Of a stretch of DNA of 54,568 nt, positions 10,625 to 20,452 are shown in pieces; within the stretch, counting starts at the first letter, position 1; each line of letters begins with the position of its first letter. Where the stretch lies: the NCBI GenBank assembly GCA_964477715.1, contig CAYZEC010000011.1, positions 1 through 54,568 of the forward strand. The letters are read 5' to 3'. The translations under genes were made by a program, and so were the position numbers. Origin of the DNA: an uncultured Candidatus Saccharibacteria bacterium (GTDB lineage Bacteria > Patescibacteriota > Minisyncoccia > Minisyncoccales > UBA1441). The notes beneath the pieces are model-generated. The model worked only from the letters and a program-made list of their open reading frames with translations, did not search any database and was not told the origin of the DNA.

Positions 10625-11362
10625 TTAATGAGAGTATCTTTGTTCAATTTCTGATCGCTGGCTACAATAAGAACAGTGTTCACAATCTTTTCCCGCAGCT
10701 GGAATTTGTTCACCAAGCAAACATTCATGGGCTTCTTGAATTACCCCCTCAACCCATTGATCATCCCCTTGATAAGAAATAATTTCGATCTTAAATTCCA
10801 AGCGCCCGTCAAATGCTTTTTCGTCTTTTTTACCATTAGCATAGACAAAATATCCCTGATTTGAAACATCAAAATCATTCTTCCTTAACAACCATTGATA
10901 TATCTCCATCTGTCGTTTGTAGCTTTGTCGATATGGATCATCGAGGGAAATGGGCCTAGTTGTACTGGTTGCTTTATAATCCACAATCATTAAGCGACCC
11001 TCTTCGTCCTGCCAAATATCATCAACCGCCCCATAGATAATGAAATTCGTCGGCTCATGATGATATCTAATTCCTTTAAAATTATTACGCCATTCATCCA
11101 TATTAGGATGCTGGAATGGTACTGCTTTAATTCCATAGGCATCCATCAATGGATGAGGATTTCCTGTTACTCGGAAAGAATCAAATTCTTTCTTAAGCAA
11201 AGCATCTACTGCTACATTTAAGGCAAATCCGGGCATGGAAGGACGGCTTAGTCCCTCTTTCATCTCCAGATAAAAACAGCGCGGACATTCAATAAATTTT
11301 TCCAATCTACTGCGACTAATCTTAAACGGATTCTTGTTATCAATTTTAAACAACTCTTTCAT
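10625..11362 (-). CDS. PD-(D/E)XK nuclease with Cys cluster (Cas4/AddB-nuclease-like)
   Basis: N-terminal CPRC, GAVDD, IVDYK (D/ExK), QMEIYQ (QxxxY) and C-terminal CEHCSYC. This is the Cas4-type Fe-S nuclease motif order. Confidence 0.7.
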   Translation of the reverse strand: MKELFKIDNKNPFKISRSRLEKFIECPRCFYLEMKEGLSRPSMPGFALNVAVDALLKKEFDSFRVTGNPHPLMDAYGIKAVPFQHPNMDEWRNNFKGIRYHHEPTNFIIYGAVDDIWQDEEGRLMIVDYKATSTTRPISLDDPYRQSYKRQMEIYQWLLRKNDFDVSNQGYFVYANGKKDEKAFDGRLEFKIEIISYQGDDQWVEGVIQEAHECLLGEQIPAAGKDCEHCSYCSQRSEIEQRYSH

Positions 11363-11565
11363 TTTCCAGAAAAATGATCATTAATTTTCTTTATTTCCGT
11401 TTCGGCTAAAATAATTTTTTTTTGACATAATTCAATTAATTCATACGCTCTTTTCAGTTTTATCGGAAGATCATCTATGCTAATTTTTTCATCTTGAAGT
11501 TCTTCTATAATTCTTTCAAGTTCAGCTAATGATTTTTGATAAGATATTTTTAAAGACTGTGCCAT
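11359..11565 (-). CDS. xseB: exodeoxyribonuclease VII small subunit
   Basis: 68-aa helical protein (SLAELERIIEELQDEKISIDDLPIKLKRAYELIELCQKKI) directly downstream of xseA. Confidence 0.85.
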   Translation of the reverse strand: MAQSLKISYQKSLAELERIIEELQDEKISIDDLPIKLKRAYELIELCQKKIILAETEIKKINDHFSGK

Positions 11566-11570
11566 AATTA

Positions 11571-12818
11571 TTATTTTACTTTATTAATTATACTATCAAT
11601 CTCTCCTTTGTAAAAAATTGTTGTTAGGCAATCTCCTTTCTTTAATTTATCAGAATTTTTGATAGATTGTCCTCGATAATGAGTGATAGTGAACCCTCGC
11701 TTCATGATATTCTCGGGGCGGAAAGTATCAATTTGTTTTTTTAGATTATCTTGGTATCTTTTTTGTTTATATAAAAATTTTTGAATCAATTCAGGAAAAA
11801 TCTTATTGAATTTCAAAATATTATTATTATTGTCCCGAGAAATATTTTGAGCAACATTAACGGCTACTGATCGTAGTCCAGATACCTTCGTATTGGCTTT
11901 TTCTAAAATAGGCCTACTCATTCTAGAAAGTTCTTTTTGTCGATTTTTTAAATCTAAGATAAAATCATCAACTTTGTCAATTAGATATTCGGCAACCGCT
12001 GTCGGAGTAGATAAATTTTGATAAGCAACTAAGTCTACGACGCTAATATTCGTAAAATGTCCAATTCCCGTTAAAACCGGTTTTGAGAAAGAGGCAATCG
12101 CCTCAGACAACAATTGACTATCGAACCAACTCAAATCTGTAGCCGATCCGCCACCTCGAATAATCACCAATGCATCAACCTGTTCGGCCATCGTTTGAAA
12201 ATATTTAATTCCCGCTGAAATCTCTCTTTCAGTTTTGGGGCCCTGAACACTAGCTTGATAGAAATAAATTTTAAAAGCAAAATCGCTTTCTTTCAGCTTA
12301 TTTATAAAATCTTGATAACCCTCCCCTGGACTCGTAATTAGTCCGATATTAAGAGGAACTTTCTCTAGTATTCTTTTTTTATTCTCGTTTAATAAATTTT
12401 TTTGCTTTAACCAATTAATTACTTCTTCACGATTTTGTGCAATTTGACCTAAGGTAAACATTGGGTCAATATCCTGGACCGTTAATAAGTAATTACCATA
12501 ACGAGCACTGACTGAAATCTTTATTTGAAGACGGACGCTTAAACCATCCATTTGACTTATCTTAATTCCAGCTTTCTTCAAGCGATCTCTAATTGAATCT
12601 TTCTGAAATTCATATAAAACGCATTTAACGGAAGAAAGAATTTCATTCTTGCGAATATCTTTTTCGCTTAATTGAAAATAGATGTTTGATCGATGTTTGT
12701 TTTTATCAAAATCGCTAATCTCGCCCTGAACCCAAAGAGGATAAGGGCAAGATTGCTCGATAATATTTTTAATAATTTGATTTAATTCAAAGACTCGATA
12801 TGTTTTTGAATTATTCAT
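11571..12818 (-). CDS. xseA: exodeoxyribonuclease VII large subunit
   Basis: N-terminal OB fold (YPLWVQGEISDF) and catalytic region GLITSPGEGYQDF...ALVIIRGGGSATDLSWFD...LTGIGHFTN. Confidence 0.9.
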   Translation of the reverse strand: MNNSKTYRVFELNQIIKNIIEQSCPYPLWVQGEISDFDKNKHRSNIYFQLSEKDIRKNEILSSVKCVLYEFQKDSIRDRLKKAGIKISQMDGLSVRLQIKISVSARYGNYLLTVQDIDPMFTLGQIAQNREEVINWLKQKNLLNENKKRILEKVPLNIGLITSPGEGYQDFINKLKESDFAFKIYFYQASVQGPKTEREISAGIKYFQTMAEQVDALVIIRGGGSATDLSWFDSQLLSEAIASFSKPVLTGIGHFTNISVVDLVAYQNLSTPTAVAEYLIDKVDDFILDLKNRQKELSRMSRPILEKANTKVSGLRSVAVNVAQNISRDNNNNILKFNKIFPELIQKFLYKQKRYQDNLKKQIDTFRPENIMKRGFTITHYRGQSIKNSDKLKKGDCLTTIFYKGEIDSIINKVK

Positions 12819-14031
12819 TATAATATTTAATAGAATTTATTTCTTTCGGGAAATTAGTTTTTTCTTCTTTATCGCGCTGGCCATATCCAATTTTGGCCAT
12901 TAATGAAGTAACTGGATTGCGCAAGTGCATCGGAACACTAAACGATCCTTTCTGAGCGTCAGCAATCGCTTCAGTAATTGCATTGTAAACAGCTCTATTC
13001 TTGGGTGCCTTAGACAAATAAATTGCCCCTTGCGCTAGATTAATTCTAGCTTCAGGTAGACCGACAAATTCAACAGCTCGAGAAACTGCTATTGCTACTT
13101 GAATAGCTCCGGAATCAGCATTGCCAACATCTTCTGAAGCGAATACAATCATGCGCCGAGCAATAAATTTAGGATCTTCGCCGGATTCAATCATTCTAGC
13201 CATCCAATAAAGAGCTGCATCGGTATCTGAATCACGTAAACATTTTATAAAAGCTGAAATTAAATTGTAGTGCCCTTCTCCTTTGTTATCATAACGCAAA
13301 GTGTGTCGCTGAAAAGCTTTTTCAATCCCTTCTTTATCAATATTCCTTTGACCAATACTATGAAAATAGTAGGCTATTGTTTCTAGCCCGTTCAATGCCA
13401 CCCGAGCATCCCCATCAGATGTAGAAATTAAATAATCAAGAGCCGAATCATCCATCTTTAAATTTAAGGATCCAACCCCCCTTCCTTTGTCCTCTAATGC
13501 CCTGAGAATTATTTTTTTCAGCATTTCCGAGTCGATTGATCTCAGAACATAAACAGTCAATCTCGAAAGCAACGGCGTGATAATCTCGAAAGATGGATTT
13601 TCAGTTGTTGCTCCTATCAATATAATCGTCCCCTTCTCGACACATGGCAACAAGGCATCTTGCTGTCCTTTATTAAAGCGATGAATTTCATCGATAAAAA
13701 CAATAGTTCGCTTCCCTTCAAACTTAAGCCTATCTTCTGCTCGAGAGATGGCTTGCCTAACATCATTAATTCCTGTAGCAACTGCTGAAAATTCTTCCCA
13801 AAAAACGTTCATCGAGCGAGCAATCAGATGAGCCAACGTTGTTTTGCCCGAGCCAGATGGACCCCAGAATATCAAAGATCCAATTTCGTTTTTATTTATC
13901 GCTTGGCGCAAAGGACTTTGCGGGCCAATCAACTCTTCTTGTCCTAAAAATTCCTCAAAAGTTTCGGGCCTCATTCTTTCCGCCAAAGGAGCCCAGCTCT
14001 TGATAGATTTGTCGAATAAGTCTGCCATCAA
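12811..14031 (-). CDS. rarA: replication-associated recombination protein A (AAA+ ATPase)
   Basis: Walker A GPSGSGKTTLA, Walker B IVFIDEIHRFNKGQQDALLP, and C-terminal MgsA domain HYNLISAFIKCLRDSDTDAALYWMARM. Confidence 0.92.
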   Translation of the reverse strand: MMADLFDKSIKSWAPLAERMRPETFEEFLGQEELIGPQSPLRQAINKNEIGSLIFWGPSGSGKTTLAHLIARSMNVFWEEFSAVATGINDVRQAISRAEDRLKFEGKRTIVFIDEIHRFNKGQQDALLPCVEKGTIILIGATTENPSFEIITPLLSRLTVYVLRSIDSEMLKKIILRALEDKGRGVGSLNLKMDDSALDYLISTSDGDARVALNGLETIAYYFHSIGQRNIDKEGIEKAFQRHTLRYDNKGEGHYNLISAFIKCLRDSDTDAALYWMARMIESGEDPKFIARRMIVFASEDVGNADSGAIQVAIAVSRAVEFVGLPEARINLAQGAIYLSKAPKNRAVYNAITEAIADAQKGSFSVPMHLRNPVTSLMAKIGYGQRDKEEKTNFPKEINSIKYYNE

Positions 14032-14059
14032 ATCTATTCTACTGAATTGTCTAACAAAA

Positions 14060-15310
14060 TCAAAGAGAGGTAAAAAATATTTTTATTTCTTCTGTAATGC
14101 GAAGAGCATCTTTTTCAGAAATATTAATATGAGTTGGCAGATTAATCAGTCTCCTTGAGACATTCTCGGCTATTGGACACAGTCCCGCTCGGTATTGCAT
14201 TTTTCCCAAATCAACATCTGAGGGGACAATTGCGCTATCCTTCCATCCGTCATAAAGATAGATCCCTTTTTGACGTAAATATTTCAATAATTTATCAGCT
14301 ATATCTTTGTTTTCCGAGATTACGCTAAATTTTAAATAGGTTCTCTCCTTATAATTTTCGGGCATTAATATTGGCAGATTTTTTAATTCTTTCTGATAAA
14401 TAGCGGCAATTTTTAATCGATGTTGGTGATAGCGATCTAATTTTGAAAATTGGTTTGAGGCTAAAATTGCCAATTCCTGAGGCATTTTAAAAAATTCTCT
14501 TGAACTCATGATTCCCATTTTTTCCTCTTTTGTCATTGCCTTGGAGAGTAAACCTGTTTTTTGGAAAATAAGTAAGATCTTTCGACCGAGCTCGTGTTTA
14601 TCATAATAAGGCTGAACCCAGCGATTAACCAATAGAGGGTGCCTCAATTGTTGCCTGATCCATTTCTTTTTGGGCGTGACGCTACCCAGGCCAATCGAAT
14701 CAAGCCGTTCAATTAATCTGTCATCATTCGTTGCGGCTATGCCACCAAAAATAGAAGAAATAATTTTGTCTCTTCCGAAACTAAAAAAGGAGGCGTCGCC
14801 CCATGATCCCAATAATTTCCCATGGAAAGATGCTCCTAGGCTATGAGCGCAATCTTCAATTATTTTTAAATCATATTTACGAGCGATTTCTTCAACTCTT
14901 GTCATATTCACAGGAAGCCCGAATGTATGCTGAACCAGAATCCCTCTTGTTTTGTCTGAAATATGATTTTCTGTTTGGTCTAAATCAATGTTAAGATTTT
15001 CACAAATATCAACAAAAACCGGTTTCATTCCTGACCAAATGATTGGATCGATTGCAGCAGCACAAGTGAATCCAGGAACAATTATTTCGCTCCCTTCTGG
15101 CCAAGAGAAGGATTTAATGATTGCCCGCAAAGACATGCGCCCGCTTTGGAAAGCAACTACTCTTTTCACTCTTAAATATTTCTCTAACAATCTTGACAAT
15201 TTTTCAGATTCATTTTTCCCGCTAAGAATTCTCCCAGATAAAACATCTTTCGCGAGAGCCAAGTCATCTGACTCAATGTTGGGAGATAACGCAGAAAATA
15301 ATGGTTTCAT
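14060..15310 (-). CDS. DegT/DnrJ/EryC1/StrS-family PLP aminotransferase
   Basis: 416 aa. IIEDCAHSLGA, and a Lys-containing segment SFFSFGRDKIIS at the usual PLP-lysine position. Confidence 0.75.
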   Translation of the reverse strand: MKPLFSALSPNIESDDLALAKDVLSGRILSGKNESEKLSRLLEKYLRVKRVVAFQSGRMSLRAIIKSFSWPEGSEIIVPGFTCAAAIDPIIWSGMKPVFVDICENLNIDLDQTENHISDKTRGILVQHTFGLPVNMTRVEEIARKYDLKIIEDCAHSLGASFHGKLLGSWGDASFFSFGRDKIISSIFGGIAATNDDRLIERLDSIGLGSVTPKKKWIRQQLRHPLLVNRWVQPYYDKHELGRKILLIFQKTGLLSKAMTKEEKMGIMSSREFFKMPQELAILASNQFSKLDRYHQHRLKIAAIYQKELKNLPILMPENYKERTYLKFSVISENKDIADKLLKYLRQKGIYLYDGWKDSAIVPSDVDLGKMQYRAGLCPIAENVSRRLINLPTHINISEKDALRITEEIKIFFTSL

Positions 15311-16932
15311 GATCTTTTTAGAGAATCAATAATTTCAGGTCTTACGCGCCCTTCAATCAAAATAACATCTTCTGGGTTTCTGAACTCTTGCAATTCTCTT
15401 ATTATTTTTTGAGAATCATTAATGCCTAAAATTCTAGTTTTTCCCTTGACTTCTCTTATCCCCCTTTCAACTTCTGCCTGATATTTATTGTCTATAAAAA
15501 TAGCAAGATGGCAACAAATTCCTATCGATCGGCCTAATTCATAATATGCTTCTTTTGTCTTCTTTCCTAATTCTAAAAATCCAGACATGACCAATATTCG
15601 TTTTCCTGACCATTTTTCCAAATGGTTAACATGAGCAATTGACCCATCGGGATTACTAGAATAGCTTGCGTCAATAACTTCTGCTCCGTGGTAATGAAAA
15701 ATCGATGGACTTTTAACTGGATAAGTGATCGTTTTCATAGCTTCGGCAAGTTCATCTCTTGTTAATCCCATCTCTAGCGCAACTGCCCCAGCCATCATTA
15801 AATTAATGACATTTTGTTCTCCGATTAAGTTCGCTTTGATTGGGATAGCATAATTCGAATTTATCATTTCAAAAGATAGAGATTTTTTATCAATCTGAAC
15901 ATTTGAAGCCCACCAATCAGCCGATGATTTTTCTTGACTAGCAATTAATATTTTCTCTTGGGTAGTCTTTTGATAGAGAGAATAAGACCGCTCATTGTCT
16001 CCATTAAAAACGGCTAACCCCTGCTTGGGCAAAGATTCGATTAACTCATATTTCGCAGAAATAATATTTTCGCGAGAACCAAATAATGATAAATGCTGAT
16101 CATTAATTCCGGTTAAGATACCCACTTGAGGCTTTGCCAAAAAAGAACTTTGAGAAATTTCTCCAAGACGATATGCTCCCATTTCACAAATAAAAAATTT
16201 TGTTTTACCGCTAATCTTATTTAGAATAGTTTGCGCTATCCCTATTTGCGTATTTATATTTCCTTCAGTTTGCACCGTTGCACTCGATCCATATTTATAA
16301 GATAAAAAATGGTATAGAAAATGCTTCACCGAAGTTTTCCCAAAAGAGCCAGTAATGCCGATAACTTTTAGGTTCGGAAACTTTTCTCTTTGATGTAACG
16401 CTTTTTCAATCGTTCTCCTTTTAAAGAACATGGCCCCATATTCGATTAAATGGAACCCAACCAGAATGATCACCGGAGCAAAAATTAATAACAAAGGGAA
16501 GATTATAAACAAATAAGTCTGAAAATTAAAAAATCCAAGGATCATCAAAATTAATAATAATAACCATTCCGTTAGAAAAAAGATTTTAGCTTTTTTTGTC
16601 GCTTTTGGATAAATCCATCTTTTCCGCAAAAGTTGTCCTCCGGCATACCCGCCCCAAACAAAAATATTTACCAGCGTCAATATTAGAAATAATTTCTTTG
16701 ACAAAAATAAGCTTGGGAGAATCAAAAGAAAAATCATTGAAGATTTTGGGAAAAGCAACCAAGGATTTGTCCTAAGACCATCTCTCAATCTATCCCAACG
16801 ATATTGCTTCAATTGCCAAAAATTAAGATAAAGAAAAATCTGTCTTGTTAAATGAAGCAATCCTAGTCCTAAAAAAATTAATAAGTAATTCTGAGATTGA
16901 AAAAAATCCATTATTAGACTGTTTATTATCAA
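15307..16932 (-). CDS. murF: MurF-type Mur ligase with an N-terminal polytopic membrane domain
   Basis: Residues 1 to about 170 form 5-6 hydrophobic helices. Then come P-loop GITGSFGKTS, CEMGAYRLGEI, GILTGINDQHLSLFGSRENIISAKYE, AVFNGDN and IDASYSSNP, the last being MurF-like (DDSYNANP). Confidence 0.8.
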   Translation of the reverse strand: MIINSLIMDFFQSQNYLLIFLGLGLLHLTRQIFLYLNFWQLKQYRWDRLRDGLRTNPWLLFPKSSMIFLLILPSLFLSKKLFLILTLVNIFVWGGYAGGQLLRKRWIYPKATKKAKIFFLTEWLLLLILMILGFFNFQTYLFIIFPLLLIFAPVIILVGFHLIEYGAMFFKRRTIEKALHQREKFPNLKVIGITGSFGKTSVKHFLYHFLSYKYGSSATVQTEGNINTQIGIAQTILNKISGKTKFFICEMGAYRLGEISQSSFLAKPQVGILTGINDQHLSLFGSRENIISAKYELIESLPKQGLAVFNGDNERSYSLYQKTTQEKILIASQEKSSADWWASNVQIDKKSLSFEMINSNYAIPIKANLIGEQNVINLMMAGAVALEMGLTRDELAEAMKTITYPVKSPSIFHYHGAEVIDASYSSNPDGSIAHVNHLEKWSGKRILVMSGFLELGKKTKEAYYELGRSIGICCHLAIFIDNKYQAEVERGIREVKGKTRILGINDSQKIIRELQEFRNPEDVILIEGRVRPEIIDSLKRS

Positions 16933-17726
16933 CTAAATTTCTGAATGAACTTTATTATTATTTCTGCCAGCTCATCGGGCTTTTCTAATTGTGGACTGTG
17001 CCCGACGTTTGGAATAACTTTTAACTCAGAATTATTAATCTCGTGGTAAAACCGATACGCTTGTTTTATTGGAACAATATGGTCTTCTGATCCCCAAACA
17101 ATTAGAGTAGGTTGCTTAATGCTCGAAAGGCAATGAGACAAATCCTCTTCTATAACTTTTCGAAAAGTATCTCTCATTGAATGAGGCACTTTAAGGTAAT
17201 CACTTTGCCTCAGAAGATGATAATAAAAATCCCGCATTGGACCCTTTACTCGGCCCAGATGGAGTCGGTCTAAAAATCTTGAGCTAGATTTTGCCAAATC
17301 AGATAAAATACTTAATTTAAGATTTGTATCCGATTTTAACCCAGCGGCATTACACAAGATTAGTCCTTTCAGGGAAATTGTATTGCGAGCTGCTATTTTA
17401 ACAGAAATTCTACCCCCGAACGAATGTCCTAATAAAAATATTGGTTGTTTAAATTCCGGATGTTTTTCTGATAATTGAGAAATAAATTTCTCTAACCAGT
17501 CAACATAATTATCCATGCACCATCCTTTTTTGGGAACGTCGCTGGCCCCGAACCCAACTAGATCTGGCACAACTATTTTACATGATAATCTTTCCGTAAT
17601 TTTATCTTGAAGCTGAACCCAGGCATTAGAGCTGCTCCCCCATCCATGCAAAATAATTACCGGCTGGCCTTGTCCGACTAGACGATAATTAATTTTTAGA
17701 TTATCAATGACTATTTCTTCGTTCAT
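16929..17726 (-). CDS. alpha/beta hydrolase
   Basis: HGWGSS, nucleophile elbow GHSFGG, and C-terminal VGHSPQLEKP. Confidence 0.8.
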   Translation of the reverse strand: MNEEIVIDNLKINYRLVGQGQPVIILHGWGSSSNAWVQLQDKITERLSCKIVVPDLVGFGASDVPKKGWCMDNYVDWLEKFISQLSEKHPEFKQPIFLLGHSFGGRISVKIAARNTISLKGLILCNAAGLKSDTNLKLSILSDLAKSSSRFLDRLHLGRVKGPMRDFYYHLLRQSDYLKVPHSMRDTFRKVIEEDLSHCLSSIKQPTLIVWGSEDHIVPIKQAYRFYHEINNSELKVIPNVGHSPQLEKPDELAEIIIKFIQKFS

Positions 17727-18958
17727 CGAGAGATTCTTTTCAAATTCAAACGAGGTTGTAAAATTTCAGGAATTAAAATGGATCCATCTTCCTGCTGATA
17801 ATTCTCCATGATAACGGCCAAGAGACGAGACATTGCGAAAGCTGTCCCATTGATAGTATGAACATAGGCTAATTGTGAGCCGTCTTGATAGGAAACATTT
17901 AACCCCCTAGCCTGATAATCGGTACAATTAGAGGAGGAATGCGTTTCAAGATACCTTGATTCAGATGGCAACCAAGACTCTATATCTATCGTCATAGCCG
18001 AAGGTTTGGCCAAATCCCCATCATATAGGGCCATAACTCGATATGGTAATCCTAGCGATTGCATCATCTTTTCTTGTATACTGACAACCAATGCGTGCTC
18101 TTCTTGTGATTTTTCAGCCTGACAAAAACTGAATAATTCGGCTTTATCAAATTGATGAACTCTTAAAATTCCTTTTAAATCTCGCCCATAAGTTCCAGCT
18201 TCTCGACGGAAACAAGTAGAATATCCAATATAGCGCTTAGGCAAATTAGATAATTTCTCTCCTTGATGCATAACCGCTATGCTTTGTTCCGAAGTTCCAA
18301 CAAGATTGAGGTTGTCTTTCTCAATTAAATAAATATTGTTTTCAGCTAAAGATGAATACCCCAAGGAGTCCATCAACTCTGGCTTGATCATGACAGGCGG
18401 AAGAATAGGTTGAAAATCAAACTCTTGAGCAACTTCAAAAGCCAAACTGAGTAAAGCAATCTGCATTAGAACTAACTCATTCTTCAGATAGCTGAAGCGG
18501 CTACCTGCCATTTTTGTGGCTCGAGGAATATCAATCAGATCGAGATCTTCACCTAATTCTAAATAACTTTTAGGATTAAATTTAAATTCTGGCAAGCTTC
18601 CTTGTTGACGCAAAATAACATTATCAGAATCATCGTGCCCGCTAGGTACTTCGGGTAATAAAATATTAGGAAGTTCTTTAATTAAAGATAGTATCGCTAA
18701 TTCTACCTCTCCAAGAGTTGATTCTTCTTCCCTTATCCTTAATTTCAATTCTTTGCCCTTTGATATTTTTTCCGCAGAATTATCTTTCTCCGCACTTAAT
18801 TGATTGCGTTCTTGTCTTAAAGATTCAACTTTCTGAATAGATGATCTCCTTCTAGAATCTAACGAAAGGAAATGATCAGTTTCAAAGTTAACTCCTCTTC
18901 GCAAGCAGCTTTTTTGAACCAGATCTAAATTTTCTCTAATAAAATCAATGCTTAACAT
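17723..18958 (-). CDS. serS: seryl-tRNA synthetase
   Basis: N-terminal coiled-coil arm and class II core TCFRREAGTYGRDLKGILRVHQFDKAE...TINGTAFA. Confidence 0.93.
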   Translation of the reverse strand: MLSIDFIRENLDLVQKSCLRRGVNFETDHFLSLDSRRRSSIQKVESLRQERNQLSAEKDNSAEKISKGKELKLRIREEESTLGEVELAILSLIKELPNILLPEVPSGHDDSDNVILRQQGSLPEFKFNPKSYLELGEDLDLIDIPRATKMAGSRFSYLKNELVLMQIALLSLAFEVAQEFDFQPILPPVMIKPELMDSLGYSSLAENNIYLIEKDNLNLVGTSEQSIAVMHQGEKLSNLPKRYIGYSTCFRREAGTYGRDLKGILRVHQFDKAELFSFCQAEKSQEEHALVVSIQEKMMQSLGLPYRVMALYDGDLAKPSAMTIDIESWLPSESRYLETHSSSNCTDYQARGLNVSYQDGSQLAYVHTINGTAFAMSRLLAVIMENYQQEDGSILIPEILQPRLNLKRISR

Positions 18959-18961
18959 GGT

Positions 18962-20452
18962 TTATTTAGGGCGTGTGGTCGGGAAAAAGATTATTTCCCT
19001 TAAAGAATGAGCATTTGTTATAAGTGCTGCTAAGCGATCTATTCCCATTCCAAATCCAGCCGCTGGAGGCATCCCGTATTCCAAAGCCGTCAAAAAATCT
19101 TCGTCCATTCTCTGAGCCTCTTCGAAACCCATTTTGAAATTATTTTCTTGGGCTTCAAAAATTTCTCTCTGTTTGACAGGATCGTTTTGCTCTGAAAAGG
19201 CGTTAATCAATTCCCAACCAGCTGCTACTAATTGAAAATTTTCAGTATAACCAGGAATTTTTTTTGATTCCTTGGCAAGTGGGAAAAAACCCATCGGATG
19301 ATGAATAATGAAAGATGGTTGCCAAATTTTCGAACGACAATATTTTTTATAAATAGCATCAGCTATCTCGGCTTTATTGGCTCCCTTGGGCACATCTACA
19401 CCTAGTTCTCCCGCTTTTTTCATTAAGGTCTTTTCGTCAACTTCTGATAAATTAATGCCTGTTTCTTTTTGAATAAGCTGACAAAAATCCAGCCTTGGCC
19501 AAGGTTTTCGAAAGTTTAATTTTTGACCATCGTGATCAAACTCTTCTTTGCCATAAATGCTCTTAATCAAGAAAGAAAACATGCGTTCTGTAAATTTCAT
19601 CAAGTCCTTGTAATCGATATAGGCCCAATAGAATTCAAGCATCGTAAATTCAGGATTATGCATCCGATCAATTCCTTCATTACGAAAATTCCGGGATAAT
19701 TCGTAAACTTTATCAAAACCTCCAATTAATAATCTTTTTAGATAAAGCTCAGGAGCAATCCTCAAAAAAACATCTATATCGAGAGCATTAAGGTGAGTTT
19801 GAAAAGGCTTTGCTTTTGCTCCGCCATATTGATTTTGCAGAATAGGGGTTTCTACCTCTAGAAAGCCTTCTTTATCTAAAAAAGAACGAATTAATTTCAC
19901 TAAATGAGAACGAGTTTCAAATATCTTCTTGATTTCATCATTAAGCAAAAGATCAATATATCTTTGCCGATAGCGTAATTCCGGATCTTTAATACCATAC
20001 CACTCGCTGGGAAGAGGAAATAATGATTTTGCGGCCATGCTTATCTTTTCGGCTTTCAATGTTTTGGCTCCCGCCTTTGTTGTGAAAAGAATTCCATTAA
20101 CTTGGATAAAATCCCCCAGATCGAAATTATCTTTTAAGAAATCAAATTGTTTCGGGCCGAGAGTATTTCGTCCCGCAAAAATTTGGATTCGCCCAGTTCC
20201 ATCTTGAATGTCAATAAAGATAGACCCACCATGTGAGCGAAGAGACATAATCCGACCAACAAGGATTATTTCTTTTTCCGATTGGCTTAAATCAAAAAAA
20301 TTAGTTAAGGCTCGAGAGATATCGTGTGTTTTTTTAACCTGTGAAGGGTAGGGATCAATACCTTGAGTTCTTAATTTTTCAGCTTTAAGTAAGCGATTAT
20401 ATTTGATTTTATCACGATTAATCATGAATATCTTTCTGATTGAATTTATCAT
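18962..20452 (-). CDS. lysS: lysyl-tRNA synthetase, class II
   Basis: OB-fold anticodon-binding domain, then FRNEGIDRMHNPEFTMLEFYWAY and GMGIDRL. An alternative ATG at 20425 would shorten the overlap with mrdA. Confidence 0.95.
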   Translation of the reverse strand: MINSIRKIFMINRDKIKYNRLLKAEKLRTQGIDPYPSQVKKTHDISRALTNFFDLSQSEKEIILVGRIMSLRSHGGSIFIDIQDGTGRIQIFAGRNTLGPKQFDFLKDNFDLGDFIQVNGILFTTKAGAKTLKAEKISMAAKSLFPLPSEWYGIKDPELRYRQRYIDLLLNDEIKKIFETRSHLVKLIRSFLDKEGFLEVETPILQNQYGGAKAKPFQTHLNALDIDVFLRIAPELYLKRLLIGGFDKVYELSRNFRNEGIDRMHNPEFTMLEFYWAYIDYKDLMKFTERMFSFLIKSIYGKEEFDHDGQKLNFRKPWPRLDFCQLIQKETGINLSEVDEKTLMKKAGELGVDVPKGANKAEIADAIYKKYCRSKIWQPSFIIHHPMGFFPLAKESKKIPGYTENFQLVAAGWELINAFSEQNDPVKQREIFEAQENNFKMGFEEAQRMDEDFLTALEYGMPPAAGFGMGIDRLAALITNAHSLREIIFFPTTRPK

